Of a stretch of DNA of 64,000 nt, positions 13,949 to 26,210 are shown in pieces. A program made the translations under genes and the position numbers. A model generated the notes under the pieces. The model was not told the origin of the DNA and did not search any database. It saw only the letters and a list, made by a program, of their open reading frames with translations. Origin of the DNA: Paraspadella gotoi (Eukaryota > Animalia > Chaetognatha); assembly GCA_051294375.1 (NCBI GenBank), contig CM119269.1, positions 8,505,619-8,569,618 on the forward strand, read 5' to 3'. The stretch's first letter is position 1. Every line of letters starts with the position of its first letter.

Positions 13949-14277
13949 ATGATCCCGCGATATTTATCACTCATATTGGCCATTGCCCCTGATGTTGTTG
14001 ATGTCGTCACTGATTGGATGACAGTGATTCGTCAGCTGAAGTCGACTTACCACGCCATGAAGATCATCGGTGGCTGCTTATTGGCTTTCTTGTTATTGCA
14101 AAGCCTCATTTCCAGTCTGTACGCATTGTGTATTGTGAGGAGGAAAAAGTATGATTATCCTAAATTGACAAAAAGCAAAGTCAAACAATTCTTCTTATTT
14201 TTGTCTTTGATTTCTGGGCTGGGAGTCCTGACTTTCATTTTTGATCTTCATTTTGACGAAACATCGCGACAAGACAG
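13949..14277 (+). CDS. XK-related membrane protein, coding exon 1
   Basis: MIPRYLSLILAIAPDVVDVVTDW carries the XK-family TM1 'D-x-x-T-D' motif, followed by two hydrophobic helices. Donor AG|GTAAAG at 14278, phase 2. Confidence 0.8.
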
Positions 14278-14312
14278 GTAAAGACAATGTAAAAAAATCT
14301 ATAAGTGGTCTT

Positions 14313-14587
14313 TTCATACAATTGAAACATCCTTTGTGTAGAAGACGAAAATAATAATAATAATAAAATATTATTCCACTTCATTGATAGGGAAGCCAGG
14401 TACTCTGGGAGTGAATAAACGAGACTGTGAGAGAGTCTTGATTGAAAACTTGCCGGGACCTGTTGTGTCATTATCTTGCAAGAGTGATTGAGGCCTTAAA
14501 CCACCAAAGCCTGTCTAAAGTCAGGGGCAAGATAGCTTATCTATTAAATGTTTGAAATAATTTTTTTATTGGTTGTACCAATTCCAT
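14313..14587 (+). mobile_element. Dispersed repeat, likely the 3' end of a non-LTR retrotransposon (intronic copy)
   Basis: Near-identical to 56241-56486. Residual reading frame ...LGVNKRDCERVLIE/TCRDLLCHYLARVIEALNHQSLSKVRGKIA, with mostly synonymous differences between copies. Confidence 0.65.
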
Positions 14588-14639
14588 GAACACAATCAAA
14601 TTAATTTTGTTAGCAAGCGTTGCCCGCATGTTAATATAA

Positions 14640-14868
14640 TTTCTTGAGTTGTGATCCGTGAGAATTGAGAAAAGCCTTCAGCTCACGACTACGGGTTCAA
14701 ACCCAACCTTACTGAAAGCATTAAGTCGTCCGTAAGCCGTCTTGGGGGACTGGAAACCCTGCATACTTGGTTCAAAGCCCAGGACGCGTTTCATTGGCAG
14801 CTAAAAGGGGGTGAAAAAGTTACTGAAGTCATCTTCAGCCCACTTTGCACCTTATACACACATTTAAC
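14640..14868 (+). mobile_element. Possible tRNA-derived SINE
   Basis: B-box-like GGTTCAAAACCC at ~14693, a GC-richer body and a ...caccttatacacacat tail. The A-box is not convincing and there is only one copy in the window. Confidence 0.3.
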
Positions 14869-14930
14869 ATTTCATGATATCATATAGGATATCTATTATG
14901 AACATGAATGTTAACAATTCGATAATCCTA

Positions 14931-17900
14931 CAGTACCGGAAACCTAGAATGTCGTAAGTCTGTACATGTAATAACTTTTCCATTTAAGGATAAATGGCTT
15001 TAGGATTTTATAGGAAGTTGTCTGGATGTCTGGCTATTGCCCATTTTAGCAATTTTTCAAATAAATAATCCTAAACCTCTTAAAAATGGGTCAAAAATTT
15101 TTGTTAAAAACTTGCATAGCTCTAATATATTTGAAATTTTTTCTTAAAATTTTGCTAACTTGTACTCAAGAGGTTTGTAAACTTCTGTAGAAATATTGTT
15201 ACTATAAAAAATTTTTTTGCCATTTTTATCAGTGCTGATATTTTTGATGGGTCATTTTTTCAATGATGCATAACTTCCTTATTTGTGATATATATGGTTT
15301 AAATTTTAGTAATAAGTGGGCCTTGGGTAGTCCTGCATTGCATATAAATTTCAGTCATTTTAAAAAAACTTTGGCACAGGCCAAAATTTTTTTTACAAAA
15401 TTCAATTGTCAATCCTGCTAAAAATATTAATGCAAAATATTGTTATTCTTTGCCTATAAATCAGTTAAAACATATTCAAAATAACCCTAAAGCAAAAAAT
15501 TTTTCTCAACATTTTAAAACTCATTTGCATATTGTTGCATTTTATCAATTTTTTAATTTTTTTTACCTAAAAGTAATCCATTTTTAAAATTTTTGGTTTG
15601 ACGATAGTATATCATCAAACCTTTACAAATATACCATCAAACCTAATTTTTAATAAATTTTAAATATTTTAATATTTTTTAAATATTATTAAAATTATAA
15701 TTTTAATAAGCATTCTGCTAACTTTTTCAATGTGGGCATCATTGAAAAGAGGGCAACTCGAGGATTCTAAATATATAATTTTTTACCAAATTTAATGTCC
15801 CAAAGCTGAGATAATTCTTTTCAAAGTGGTCAAAAATGAAAAAAAACACTACTTTTTAAACCTTTATAAAAAATGCGGCTATGATAGCTTTGTTTCAATA
15901 CTTGGCAATTAGGTCAAGAATTGTTCATATTTTGTGGTAGTGACATGTCCAGGGAATAAAAGAAATATTATAGTAGATTCCTCAACATATTTTTAAATTT
16001 GGCAGAACATTTTACCTTTTTTACCAAGTTTTTAGAGTACGCTAAATGTTTCTCTGATTACACAAAATATAAATTGAAAAATAAGAAATTTTTAGTACCA
16101 ATAGTTGGTGTTATGTTTGAAATAGAAGGAAAAAAAACCTCGTTTAAAAATTTGATCTGGAACAGGGGTAACTAAGACTTACCAATGGCATCGTCCATGC
16201 CAATCGTTCTTTCAAATAATTTTTTTTTATTTAATACATTTGAAAGGGAAAAAAAGAAAAGTCGGAATGCTGGTGGCATGAAAGGTACAGATAATCTGAC
16301 ATGGTGACTTGATAATCATGACCTTTTATGTCTTGGGTAATGGGGGCAGTAAATAAACCCAAAAAATTCAATCATTAAGTCAGTCAATCAACCCTTTCAA
16401 ATAGACTGTTCCGCGAAATTTTTTTTCTTCACTAAAAAGATTTTTTTCTTTCCTAAAAAATTTCGCAGAACAACCTATTTGAAAGGGTTGATTGATTGAC
16501 TTAATGAGTAAATTTTTTAGGTTTATTTACTCGCCCCATTACCCAAGACATAAAAGGTCATGATTGTCAAGTCACAATGTCCAGATTATTTGTACCTTTC
16601 ATGCCACTTGCATTCCGAATTTTCTTTTTTCCCTTTCAAATGTATTAAATAAAAATTATTTGAAAGAACGATTGGCATGGACGATGCCATTGGTAAGTCT
16701 TAGTTACCCCTGTTCCAGATCAAATTTTTAAACGAGATTTTTTCCCATTTATTTGAAACATAACACCAACTATTGGTACTATTAATTTCTTATTTCTCAA
16801 AATTTATTTTGTGTAATCGGAAAAACGTTCAGCGAACTGTAAAAATTTGGTAAAAAAGAGTAAAATTTTCTGCCAAATTTAAAAATCGATTGAGGAATCT
16901 ACTATAATATTTCTTTTATTCCCTGGACATGTCACTACCACAAAATATGAACAATTCTTGACCTAATTGCCAAGTATTGAAACAAAGCTATCATAGCCGC
17001 ATTTTTTATAAAGGTTTAAAAAGTAGTTTTTTTTTCATTTTTGACCACTTTGAAAAGAATTATCTCAGCTTTGGGACAATTAAATTTGGTAAAAAAATTA
17101 TATATTTAGAATCCTCGAGTTGCCCTCTTTTCAATGATGCCCACATTGAAAAAGTTAGCAGAATGCTTATTAAAATTATAATTTTTAATAATATTAAAAA
17201 ATATTAAAAATATTAAAATTTATTAAAAATTAGGTTTGATGGTATATTTGTAAAGGTTGATGATATACTATCGTCAAACCAAAAATTTTAAAAAAATGGA
17301 TTACTTTTAGGTAAAAAAAATTAAAAAATTAATAAAATGCAACAATATGCAAATGAGTTTTTAAAAATGTTGAGAAAATTTTTTGCTTTAGGGTTATTTG
17401 AATATGTTTTAACTGATTTAAGGCAAAGAATAACAATATTTGCATTAATATTTTTTAGCAGGATTGACAATTGAATTTTGTAAAAAAAATTTTGGCCTGT
17501 GCCAAAAGTTTTTTAAAATGACTGAATTTTATATGCAATGCAGGACTACCCAAGGCCCACTTATTACTAAAATTAAAAAAACCATAATATTCTCAATAAG
17601 GAAGTTATGCATCATTGAAAAAATGACCCATCAAAATATCAGCACTGATAAAAATGGCAAAAAATTTTTTTATAGTAACAATATTTCTACAGAAGTTTAC
17701 AAACCCTCTTGAGTACAAGTTAGCAAATTTTAAGAAAAAATTTCAAAATATATTAGAGCTATGCAAGTTTTTACACAAAATTTGACCCAATTTAAGAGGT
17801 TTAGGATTATTTATTTGAAAAATTGCTAAATGGGCAATAGCCAGACATCCAGACAATTCCTATAAAATCCTAAAGCCATTTATCCTATTAATGGAAAAGT

Positions 17901-17946
17901 TATTTACAATGTAACAGACTTACGACATTCTAGGTTTCCGCTACTG
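14931..17946. mobile_element. 3.0-kb foldback (near-perfect palindromic) non-autonomous DNA transposon with Tc1/mariner-pogo-like ends
   Basis: Left end TA|CAGTACCGGAAACCTAGAATGTCGTAAGTCTG and right end CAGACTTACGACATTCTAGGTTTCCGCTACTG|TA (TA target duplication). Arms of ~1.49 kb pair all the way to a ~30-bp spacer at ~16425-16454. No transposase ORF. Confidence 0.9.
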
Positions 17947-18033
17947 TACCTACTATGAAATGCGTTGCTTCAAAAGTGAAGTTCTTTTGATTAATAGTAG
18001 TATTTATTTAATTGCAACCTATCGTATTTACAG

Positions 18034-20275
18034 GAAAAATCACGAGTTATTGCGATTTAAAACCGAGGTCATTTCTGTCATGACGCTGATCCACGTTTTC
18101 GTCGAGTCTCTGCCGCAATTTCTTCTGCAAACATTCGTGGTTGTGTTAGAATGGACGAGTGGTACGAACCGTCTGTGCCTAACTCCATGCGTCAGGTTTA
18201 TTGGAGGAATTAATAACGAGTTTCGCACCTGGTACGAACCAAAAACTGGGGAATACAAACGGAAAATTGTCATGACAGAGAATATACCTTGTAATGACGA
18301 AAGCGAGTTTTATAAGATCTTAGACGATGGAACCATGGAACGCTTGCGACAAGCTTGTTCTTGCTTCTCCTCTTTTTTTCAAAAAAAACCAAAAATATAT
18401 TATTGTGAATGGAACATAGATGATTTTTTAACGATATTTTCCGTCGCAATGTCCACATTTTCTCTCGCAAAATCGGCAGTTGGAATTCGTATGAACCAAA
18501 GTTACAAGAACTTTAAGATTGTGGAAATCATTCTGGGAACGGCTCAAGGAATTTTGGGACCCTCTTTTTTCCTGTATCTCATTCTTGTTAAAAGTTTAAA
18601 AATTTCCACTTACATAGTGTTTCTAGCCCCATTGGTATTGTTTCGTATTTTTACCATAGCTGACCTTCGGGTTATATTAGCTAAGATGAAAAAAACAGTA
18701 AGCGTTCGCTTCGAAAAATCTTGTAAAAACAAGAAACAAAACTCAAATCATTTCATATTTCTACCTTTATATAACATTTTATGGTTTTCCTTGTTGTTCA
18801 CTTTCGAGAAACATATACGCTTAGCTCAACACAATTTTTTCGTTAATAATATTGAATTATTAAGCAATGATAAAAAATCAAATTGGGGCTTTGCGCTGCT
18901 CAATAACGTTTTTACTCCAAAACTGTTGTTTTATACAAACGTATGGAATACGTCGTCCATGTCGGACAATGTTCGATGCGTTCACGCTGCTGGGATAATC
19001 CATCGAAATAGATGGGAAAATTTTGAGTGGATGGGTTTTAAGAATCGATTTCGAAAATATTGTGATAATCCACAACGAATATTTTCCCGAATAAATGGAA
19101 CCAAAAATGATTCACCTGATAATGAAATAGTATTGGGTAATCATCGGTTTCTCTCTCCCAATTTTTCTGTCATGCAATTTTGCTTCTTGGCAGACATGAT
19201 TTTAAGTACATTGTATGTGCTTACGTTGTTAAATTCAGAAAAACCGTCGTTGATTATTTTTATTTCAATAATGCTTTTCCCTATTTCTGTTATTGGTCTC
19301 TTTTTAAATCCCTCGTTTGCATATGATGACCTTGTAACGTCGATTAAAAGAAATTGGAACCGTGCTTCAAGTCTTGGCGTCTATGAAAAAATTCAATACT
19401 TCGCGGATAAGAGTGAGGATACTAATAACCTATTTCAAAGAATACAGAAACTTAATACTTTATTTGTATGGATTGAATTATTTTTCATGAATTTAATATT
19501 CATCTTATTTTTGAATCTTGAGTTACACCTTTTAAAGAAAAAGAAGAATTCCTTTTTTACTTTAATGTTAATAATATCATTTTCAATAATTTTACCACTT
19601 TTTATTACATATTTAGCACCTACTAGTAAAACTAGGCTCCGCTTGCTGAATGAATTCAAAATATTTTGTAATTTTTCAAATAAAACAGTTTATCATATTC
19701 GTCAAGTAGCGTCCCTTCGTCAAAAAATATTCTCCCTCCTAATATTAGCGGAGGTTTTTCCATGTCTCACTTTTATTTCACCCCTTTCCCTTTTATGCAT
19801 TTGGTTTGCGATGATAGCGACAAAAACAAAGTCTATTATGATCAGAAAACTACTTTTCCTCCTCTTTTCAATGTCGCTGATTCTAGGTCACGCGTTTTGG
19901 ATTCACTTCTCGCAAAGTCCCACTAAATTGGATGCGAAGCTAATTATTTCAGAAAATTTAACCGTTGTCAACTTAAATTTCCGCAAAAGTGCACTCCAAC
20001 ACGCATTGAGCGATAGTTACGAAGTACATTCGCCAAAGTTTCCGGGGTATATTCCCCTTGAGTTCATCTTACGACGCTGCCGCGAACAAAGACAAGACAC
20101 ATTAAACGTTCCTTTTGGCGTCGGTGAACTTGTCCGAGATTTGCCAAACATTATCGACAGATTTTGGAAATTTATCCATAGTAACAATCAAAAAGAGTCG
20201 ATATGGTTAAACGTATTTACCTTAATTTTACCGATGATCTCTATTCTGTGGAATTTTATCAACTATGATTTCTAA
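18034..20275 (+). CDS. XK-related membrane protein, coding exon 2 (spliced product ~856 aa)
   Basis: Acceptor tttacAG|G at 18033 is phase 2 and completes the Arg codon from exon 1. It contains the XK hallmark HVFVESLPQFLLQ and the following SVAMSTFSLA helix, then many TM segments. 746 uninterrupted codons follow; AATAAA at 20355. Confidence 0.85.
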
Positions 20276-20984
20276 ATAGTACATTGATAAAATCGTAAGT
20301 GTAACTGGATTAGTAATCTTTTTTTTTCCCCTTTTTAACTCATCTCTTAATTTCAATAAATAATTCTGGCGAATGAAATAATTAATGAATAATAAACAAG
20401 AAAACTTTTCAACTGTTGATTCTCGAGGGAAAGAAGTCAAAGGGAAATTAATTTCGTCTCAGTTTTGACTCAAAATAGAAACAGAGGATTTGGTTAACCT
20501 TGGCCGGGGCGACAGTGGCTGCGGCGGCGGCGGCGGCTGTAACAGCGTCAGCGGCGGCGGCGGCGGCGGCGACGGTGGTGGTGGCCCGGGCGAGTGCTCC
20601 CGCTCAAGCGGCTCATATCACCGCTAATGAAATTTCGAATATTTTTTTTACGGATAAACCAATTATTATTAATTTCAAAATTTAAAGATAAAGAAAAATT
20701 CAGGCGTCAGGATTATTTTGAAAAAAAAAGAATGAGAAAATATTTTCTACAACATCAGCGACTACAGCACAGAAACAACATCAGAAAAGATAGTAACTCC
20801 ATCCGTGTAAACGATAACGACGATGGCGTCGATAAATAGGACACTGTCTCGGGTTTAAGGCGGAGCCTCCTTCTTGATGGCGGAAAAACGGAGAAGCGAA
20901 GATGGATTTTACGAACTTTTTCCCCCGATTTAACGAACGTAATAACGAGTCCGGCCGTAAAACCGGACAGATTGAAAGAGAGAG

Positions 20985-20990
20985 AGAGAA

Positions 20991-21074
<84 letters not shown>

Positions 21075-21075
21075 G
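20985..21075. repeat. (GAAA)n microsatellite
   Basis: Directly visible. Confidence 0.95.
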
Positions 21076-21629
21076 AGATACCCTGAGCACACCGGGCGCC
21101 TAAAAATTCTAACGAAAACTTTTTTTCCTTGACCCCTCGGAGGGGGGGGGGAGAGTCAATGGGAGGGAGATTAAAATCACAAACAAATTTATGACCTTAA
21201 AAAGATTAAGAATTATAATAAGAATAAAAAAATAATATTAATTAAAATAAGAATATGGAAACTCAAGCAAAAATTCTACGTAAAGTGAAGAAAATATGTC
21301 AACTGACAAGAAAATCTTTTATATGATAAGGATAAGGGCAGATTTTTAATTTAAAGCAAGCCGCGATAATAATACTGATAGAATAAATGACTGTAATCTT
21401 CTATGTATTTCTTAACATATAGGGAAAATATATTATAAAGAACAAATCAAATTTCTGAAGGAATTCAATTTTTGCTAGCGAAATCTCATAAGTCAAAAAT
21501 CCCAACTTAATCTTAAACTTACTCTTAAACTTAGTCTTAATCTTAAATCCTTCTCCTCATTAGAATAATCTCCTCCAACCCCCCGCTTATCATTCCCAAC
21601 CCCTTTAGACAATCTTTTCTAGTACAGAT

Positions 21630-21742
21630 TCTTCTTTTTTCTTTTTCTTTTTCTTTTCTTTTCTTTTCTTTTCTTTTCTTTTCTTTTCTTTTCTTTTCTT
21701 TTCTTTTCTTTTCTTTTCTTTTCTTTTCTTTTCTTTTCTTTT
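21630..21742. repeat. (TTTTC)n microsatellite
   Basis: Directly visible. Confidence 0.95.
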
Positions 21743-21784
21743 TATATTTTTTTCTTCACACTTCACATTCGTACTTTCTTCCCC

Positions 21785-21816
<32 letters not shown>

Positions 21817-22154
21817 TTTTCATTCTCTCTTTTCACTCTTCCTCCTTTCCTTTCTTTCTTCCTTTATTCCTCCCTTCCCTTCTCCTCATTCCTTTTGTCT
21901 TTTCCCCCTTCTCCCTTTTCCTTAATTTCTTTTCTCATCCAAATTTTAAAACGATTTCTTTTAACATTTTTCGCCCTTAATTTCCCTCAAAGCTTTAATG
22001 TCTATCCCCGCTTACTCAGAAAACCGCCCACAACAATAACAACAACAAGAACAACAAATTCACCCTTTTTACCCCCTACAAAACAATACCCTGGATTAAT
22101 CATCAGATTACAGTCGGGATTTTCCGAGGGGATTGTCAGAGTCACATCCGGAGA

Positions 22155-22208
<54 letters not shown>

Positions 22209-22319
22209 ATCTCTCTTGGCGCCTTTTGAGTTCCTTCAATTGTGCCGCTTTTAACTTTGGAGGAGAGCGGAGAGAGCATGAGTGTGTGGGAGGGAGCAGG
22301 AGAATGTGAATGTGTGTAA

Positions 22320-22335
22320 AAGAGAGAGAGAAAGA

Positions 22336-22408
<73 letters not shown>

Positions 22409-22426
22409 GAGACAGAGAGAGAGAAA

Positions 22427-22507
<81 letters not shown>

Positions 22508-22986
22508 GAGAGAAGAGAATTAGAGAGAGAGAGAAGATAGAGAGAGAGAGAAAGATAGAGAGAGAAAAAGATAGAGAGAGAAAAAGAGAGAGAGAGAAAA
22601 AGAGAGATAGAGAAAGAGAGAGAAAGAGAGAGATAAATAGAGATATCTACAATTGATGTGGCGTAAGTTAAGTGAGCCAAAATGCTACCATCCTTTAGTA
22701 TGACTTATGTGTCAAAGTTTGCCACTCGCCACTGATTGCCAGTTGCCACTTTTGGCTGCTTGCCACAGCTCACCACTGAACCGCTGCTTGAGTCCCGATC
22801 GCCTGTACTGATCTTGTGTTGATCAAAAGAAAATCATTCGAGCGACGATGAAAGAAAATACCGACTTCGAAGATTTGAGCGCTCTCTCTCTCTCTCACAG
22901 TCTCTCTTTTTCTCTCTCTCTTTCTCTCTTTCTCTCTTTCTTTCTTTCCTTTCTCTCATCTCTCTCTCTCTCTCTCCCCTTCTCTT

Positions 22987-23078
<92 letters not shown>

Positions 23079-23215
23079 TCTCTCTCTTCTCTTTCTCTTT
23101 CTCTTCTCTATTTCTCTTTTTCTTTCTCTCTTCTTTCTTCTTTTCTCTTATTTCTCTCTCTCGCTCTCCTCTCGCTCTCTCTCTCTCTTACTCTCTCTTT
23201 CTTACTCTCTCTCTC
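22320..23215. repeat. Compound (GA)n block (~22320-22635) and (CT)n block (~22880-23215)
   Basis: Directly visible. Source of the RE-repeat and SL-repeat pseudo-ORFs. Confidence 0.9.
22641..22710 (-). repeat. Right arm of the 70-bp inverted repeat (partner 13471-13540)
   Basis: Reverse complement matches 13471-13540 at 69/70 positions. Preceded by (GA)n. Confidence 0.9.
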
Positions 23216-23899
23216 CCGCCCGCATAAAAGCAAAAACCTAAAAATTCTCCCGGAGATATAAAACTCATTTTTATCCGGAACATTTAGTTTTATTCGTTTT
23301 ATTCGTTTTTCGTGAATTAAAATCTGGTATAAAGAATATGTAATAAAACAAAATAGTTTTCGTATGAGGGTTTTTTTTTCTTTTAAAATTTTGCCTTCGG
23401 GTTTTTGAAAGTAAAAATCGGTTCTCTTTCTTCACAGAGCGAAGACTGGATCCAATTCTCAGAAGGTGGAGAAGGAGAGGAAGAAATTAAAGAGCTAGAA
23501 AATGAGAAAGAAAGAGAAGGGAGAGAAGGAGATAAAGAAAGAAAAGGGGGATAAAAGGAGAAGAAGAAAGAAAAGGGGGAGAAGGAGAGGAAGAAAGAGA
23601 AGGGAAAGAAGGAGAGGAAGAAAGAGTAGGTGGAGAGGAAGAAGGAAAAAAGAGGAAGAAAGAGTAGGTGGAGAGGAACATAATCTAAAATTCAGAAATT
23701 ATAAAATAAAAAAAGTATTTTATCACATATTTTGTTCAAAATTAGGTAAAACATCTATTTTAGTAAAATCAAATAAAAAAATTTAAAATGAATTTCAAGG
23801 CGTCACAGGAAGGAGCAATCAATAGAGGAAATGAAATAGAATAGAATTAGTTTCAAACCAAAGGGAAAAAAGAAAAAAGTCATCCATGTCTGGAGGGAT

Positions 23900-24545
23900 T
23901 TGAGATTTGGGAATTGAGTTTTTTATTTGAGAATTAGATTGAAGATTTAAATTTCACATTTTTATTTAGAATTTAGATTTTATATTTAGAATATAGATTT
24001 AGAATATAGATTTTCAATTTAGATTTAAAAGTTAAATTTTAGGTTTCAATTTTAGATTTAGATTTTAGATTTAGATTTTATATTTTTGATTGGGATTTAG
24101 TATCAGAGGTTAGATTTAAATTAGGATTTAAATTTAGATTTTAGATTTGGATTTAGTTTTAAATTTTAGATTTAGATTTTAGATAGACAATTTAAATGTA
24201 GATTTTAGGTTTAGAAATTATTTTTAGATTTAGATTTAGATTTTAGATTTAGTTTTTAGGTTTAGTTTTAGCTTCAAAATTTGTAATTTTAGATTTAAAT
24301 ACCATATTTATATTTACTTGGGATTTGAGATTTAGATTTAGTATTTGTGTTTCAGATATTACATTTAGATTTGGAATTTGATATTTAGATTTTAGATTTT
24401 TTTGGGATTTCATATTTGGATTTGGTATATAGATTTGGGATTTGAAATATAAATTGGAATTTGAGTTTTGGTTTTTAGATTTTAGATTTGAGCTTTGGGA
24501 TTTCGGAGTTGAGACATAGATCAGGGATTTGAAATTTAGATTTTT
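23900..24545 (+). repeat. Degenerate (TTTAGA/TTTTAGA)n satellite
   Basis: Dozens of ttaga(t)/tttaga units over ~650 bp. Confidence 0.8.
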
Positions 24546-25494
24546 TTTTATTCCTTTTTCTGTTTTTTTTTTCTTTGTTTTCGTTTTCTCGCTTTTTTTG
24601 TTTTCATTTCCGAAGTCGAGTTTTTAGTTTTAGTCGAAACTTCTAAGTATCAAAATATGTTACCTCATTACCCTTTACTCAATTATTTTATTACGGGAGC
24701 GTTTAGAAAAATACATTTGTCAAAGAAAATATTTTAATTTTTATAAAATCCAATCAGATTTTTCCCGAATTCCTAGTACAATTTTACATTCACTTCAACA
24801 ATATTTTTTCTCAGTAAATGTCAAGTTTACATTAGTTTTTATCAGCTCCTTTTGTAAACTGAGCGAACACAAAAATTTTCAAGTTACCAAATTGTAATCT
24901 TAACTGTAACGAAGTTGTAATCTAAACCCAAAAGATAAACAATGGACCTCTGATGAAGACGATGACAAGGACGACGACGACAAAGACGACGACGACAACA
25001 ACGTCAAAGACGACAACCACGACGACGTGAGCGGCGACGGCTGCCAAGTTTCACCCCGCTCTTTCGACAATTTTAGCTATCGAGCCTTCCCTTATGGATC
25101 ATAGTAACAGAGAGATTATTTAAATGTCGTTACAGCTTTTGGATCGGGAATTTCTAAGACAAGGGGAAAAAGTCACTACACTGGGTCACCCCCGGGGGTA
25201 AGTCCGGCCGTGATCACGGGGTAACCAATTAGAATTCCTACCCGAGAGAATGAGAGAGAGAGAGAGAGAGAGGGAAGAGAGAGAGAGAGAGAGAGAGAAG
25301 TGTTATGAAGGCTTTGAATCCGAGATGTGGGGCTGATTGATAGATTGACTCTGTAAACAAGAAGAAATGTGTTACAAATGTAATTTAAGCTTTAAAATAT
25401 AACGAACTGGATGAATAATGAATAAAAAATACTTAAAACTGAAAATAAATAAAAGAAATGGAAAAAGAAAAAACATATATTAAAAGAAGAAAAA

Positions 25495-25525
25495 AGAAAG
25501 AAAGAAAGAAAGAAAGAAAGAAAAA

Positions 25526-25604
<79 letters not shown>

Positions 25605-25730
25605 AAATAAAAAGGATAATGGCCGAGATGGGATTTTGACCATGAGTGGGACTTTCGTTTCCACACTTTGTTTTTTCAGCCAATCATCTCTCGCGGCCAC
25701 AGAGTGGATTATGTACATTTGGATCATGAT

Positions 25731-25808
<78 letters not shown>
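25495..25808. repeat. (GAAA)n-(GCAA)n and (CT)n microsatellites
   Basis: Directly visible. Confidence 0.9.
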
Positions 25809-25812
<4 letters not shown>

Positions 25813-26084
25813 TGGATCAACACCCGCAACCCGACTTTCTGTCATGTTCAGTTGAAAATAAAAAAAGAGACAAAAAAAAAAAAACTCAGAGCGTCGAATC
25901 GAAAAGTGTTCGAGTTTTGACGCAGAAGAGACGAAATATTAAGATTCAAAATGATTCCATTTTTTTTTAATATATATCGTCATCGATTACACTTCAACTC
26001 TATTGATTAATGATTATAAATCATTTCAAATTAGAAAGAGAAAGTTGCCATATTTACCAAAAGCGCCTCATTTCTGATCCAGTT

Positions 26085-26210
26085 TTTGGGGTTAAAGATT
26101 AGTTTTAGGGCCAAGGTTAGGGATTAGGGTCATGGATAAGGATACGCGGTTGGTTAGGGGTTAGGGGTTAGAGGTTGGGTTAAAGATTTGTTAAGAGTTG
26201 AGGTTGGATA
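26085..26210 (+). repeat. Degenerate interstitial TTAGGG-like array
   Basis: ttaggg, gttaggg, ttagggg and ttagagg units. Confidence 0.55.

Noticed and set aside
16977-17712. ORFs of 76 and 82 aa inside the palindrome as transposase remnants
   Set aside because: No DDE or HTH motifs; AT-rich chance ORFs that are partly broken in the mirror arm.
17960-18033. Start of the 771-aa ORF at ATG 17960 as given in the ORF track
   Set aside because: This lies in the intron 3' end. Splicing from 14277 to 18034 restores the missing XK N-terminal helices in phase.
22207-23261. Long RE-repeat and SL-repeat ORFs (also at 4.7-5.2, 11.8, 12.5, 28.3 and 29.3 kb)
   Set aside because: (GA)n/(CT)n microsatellite translations.
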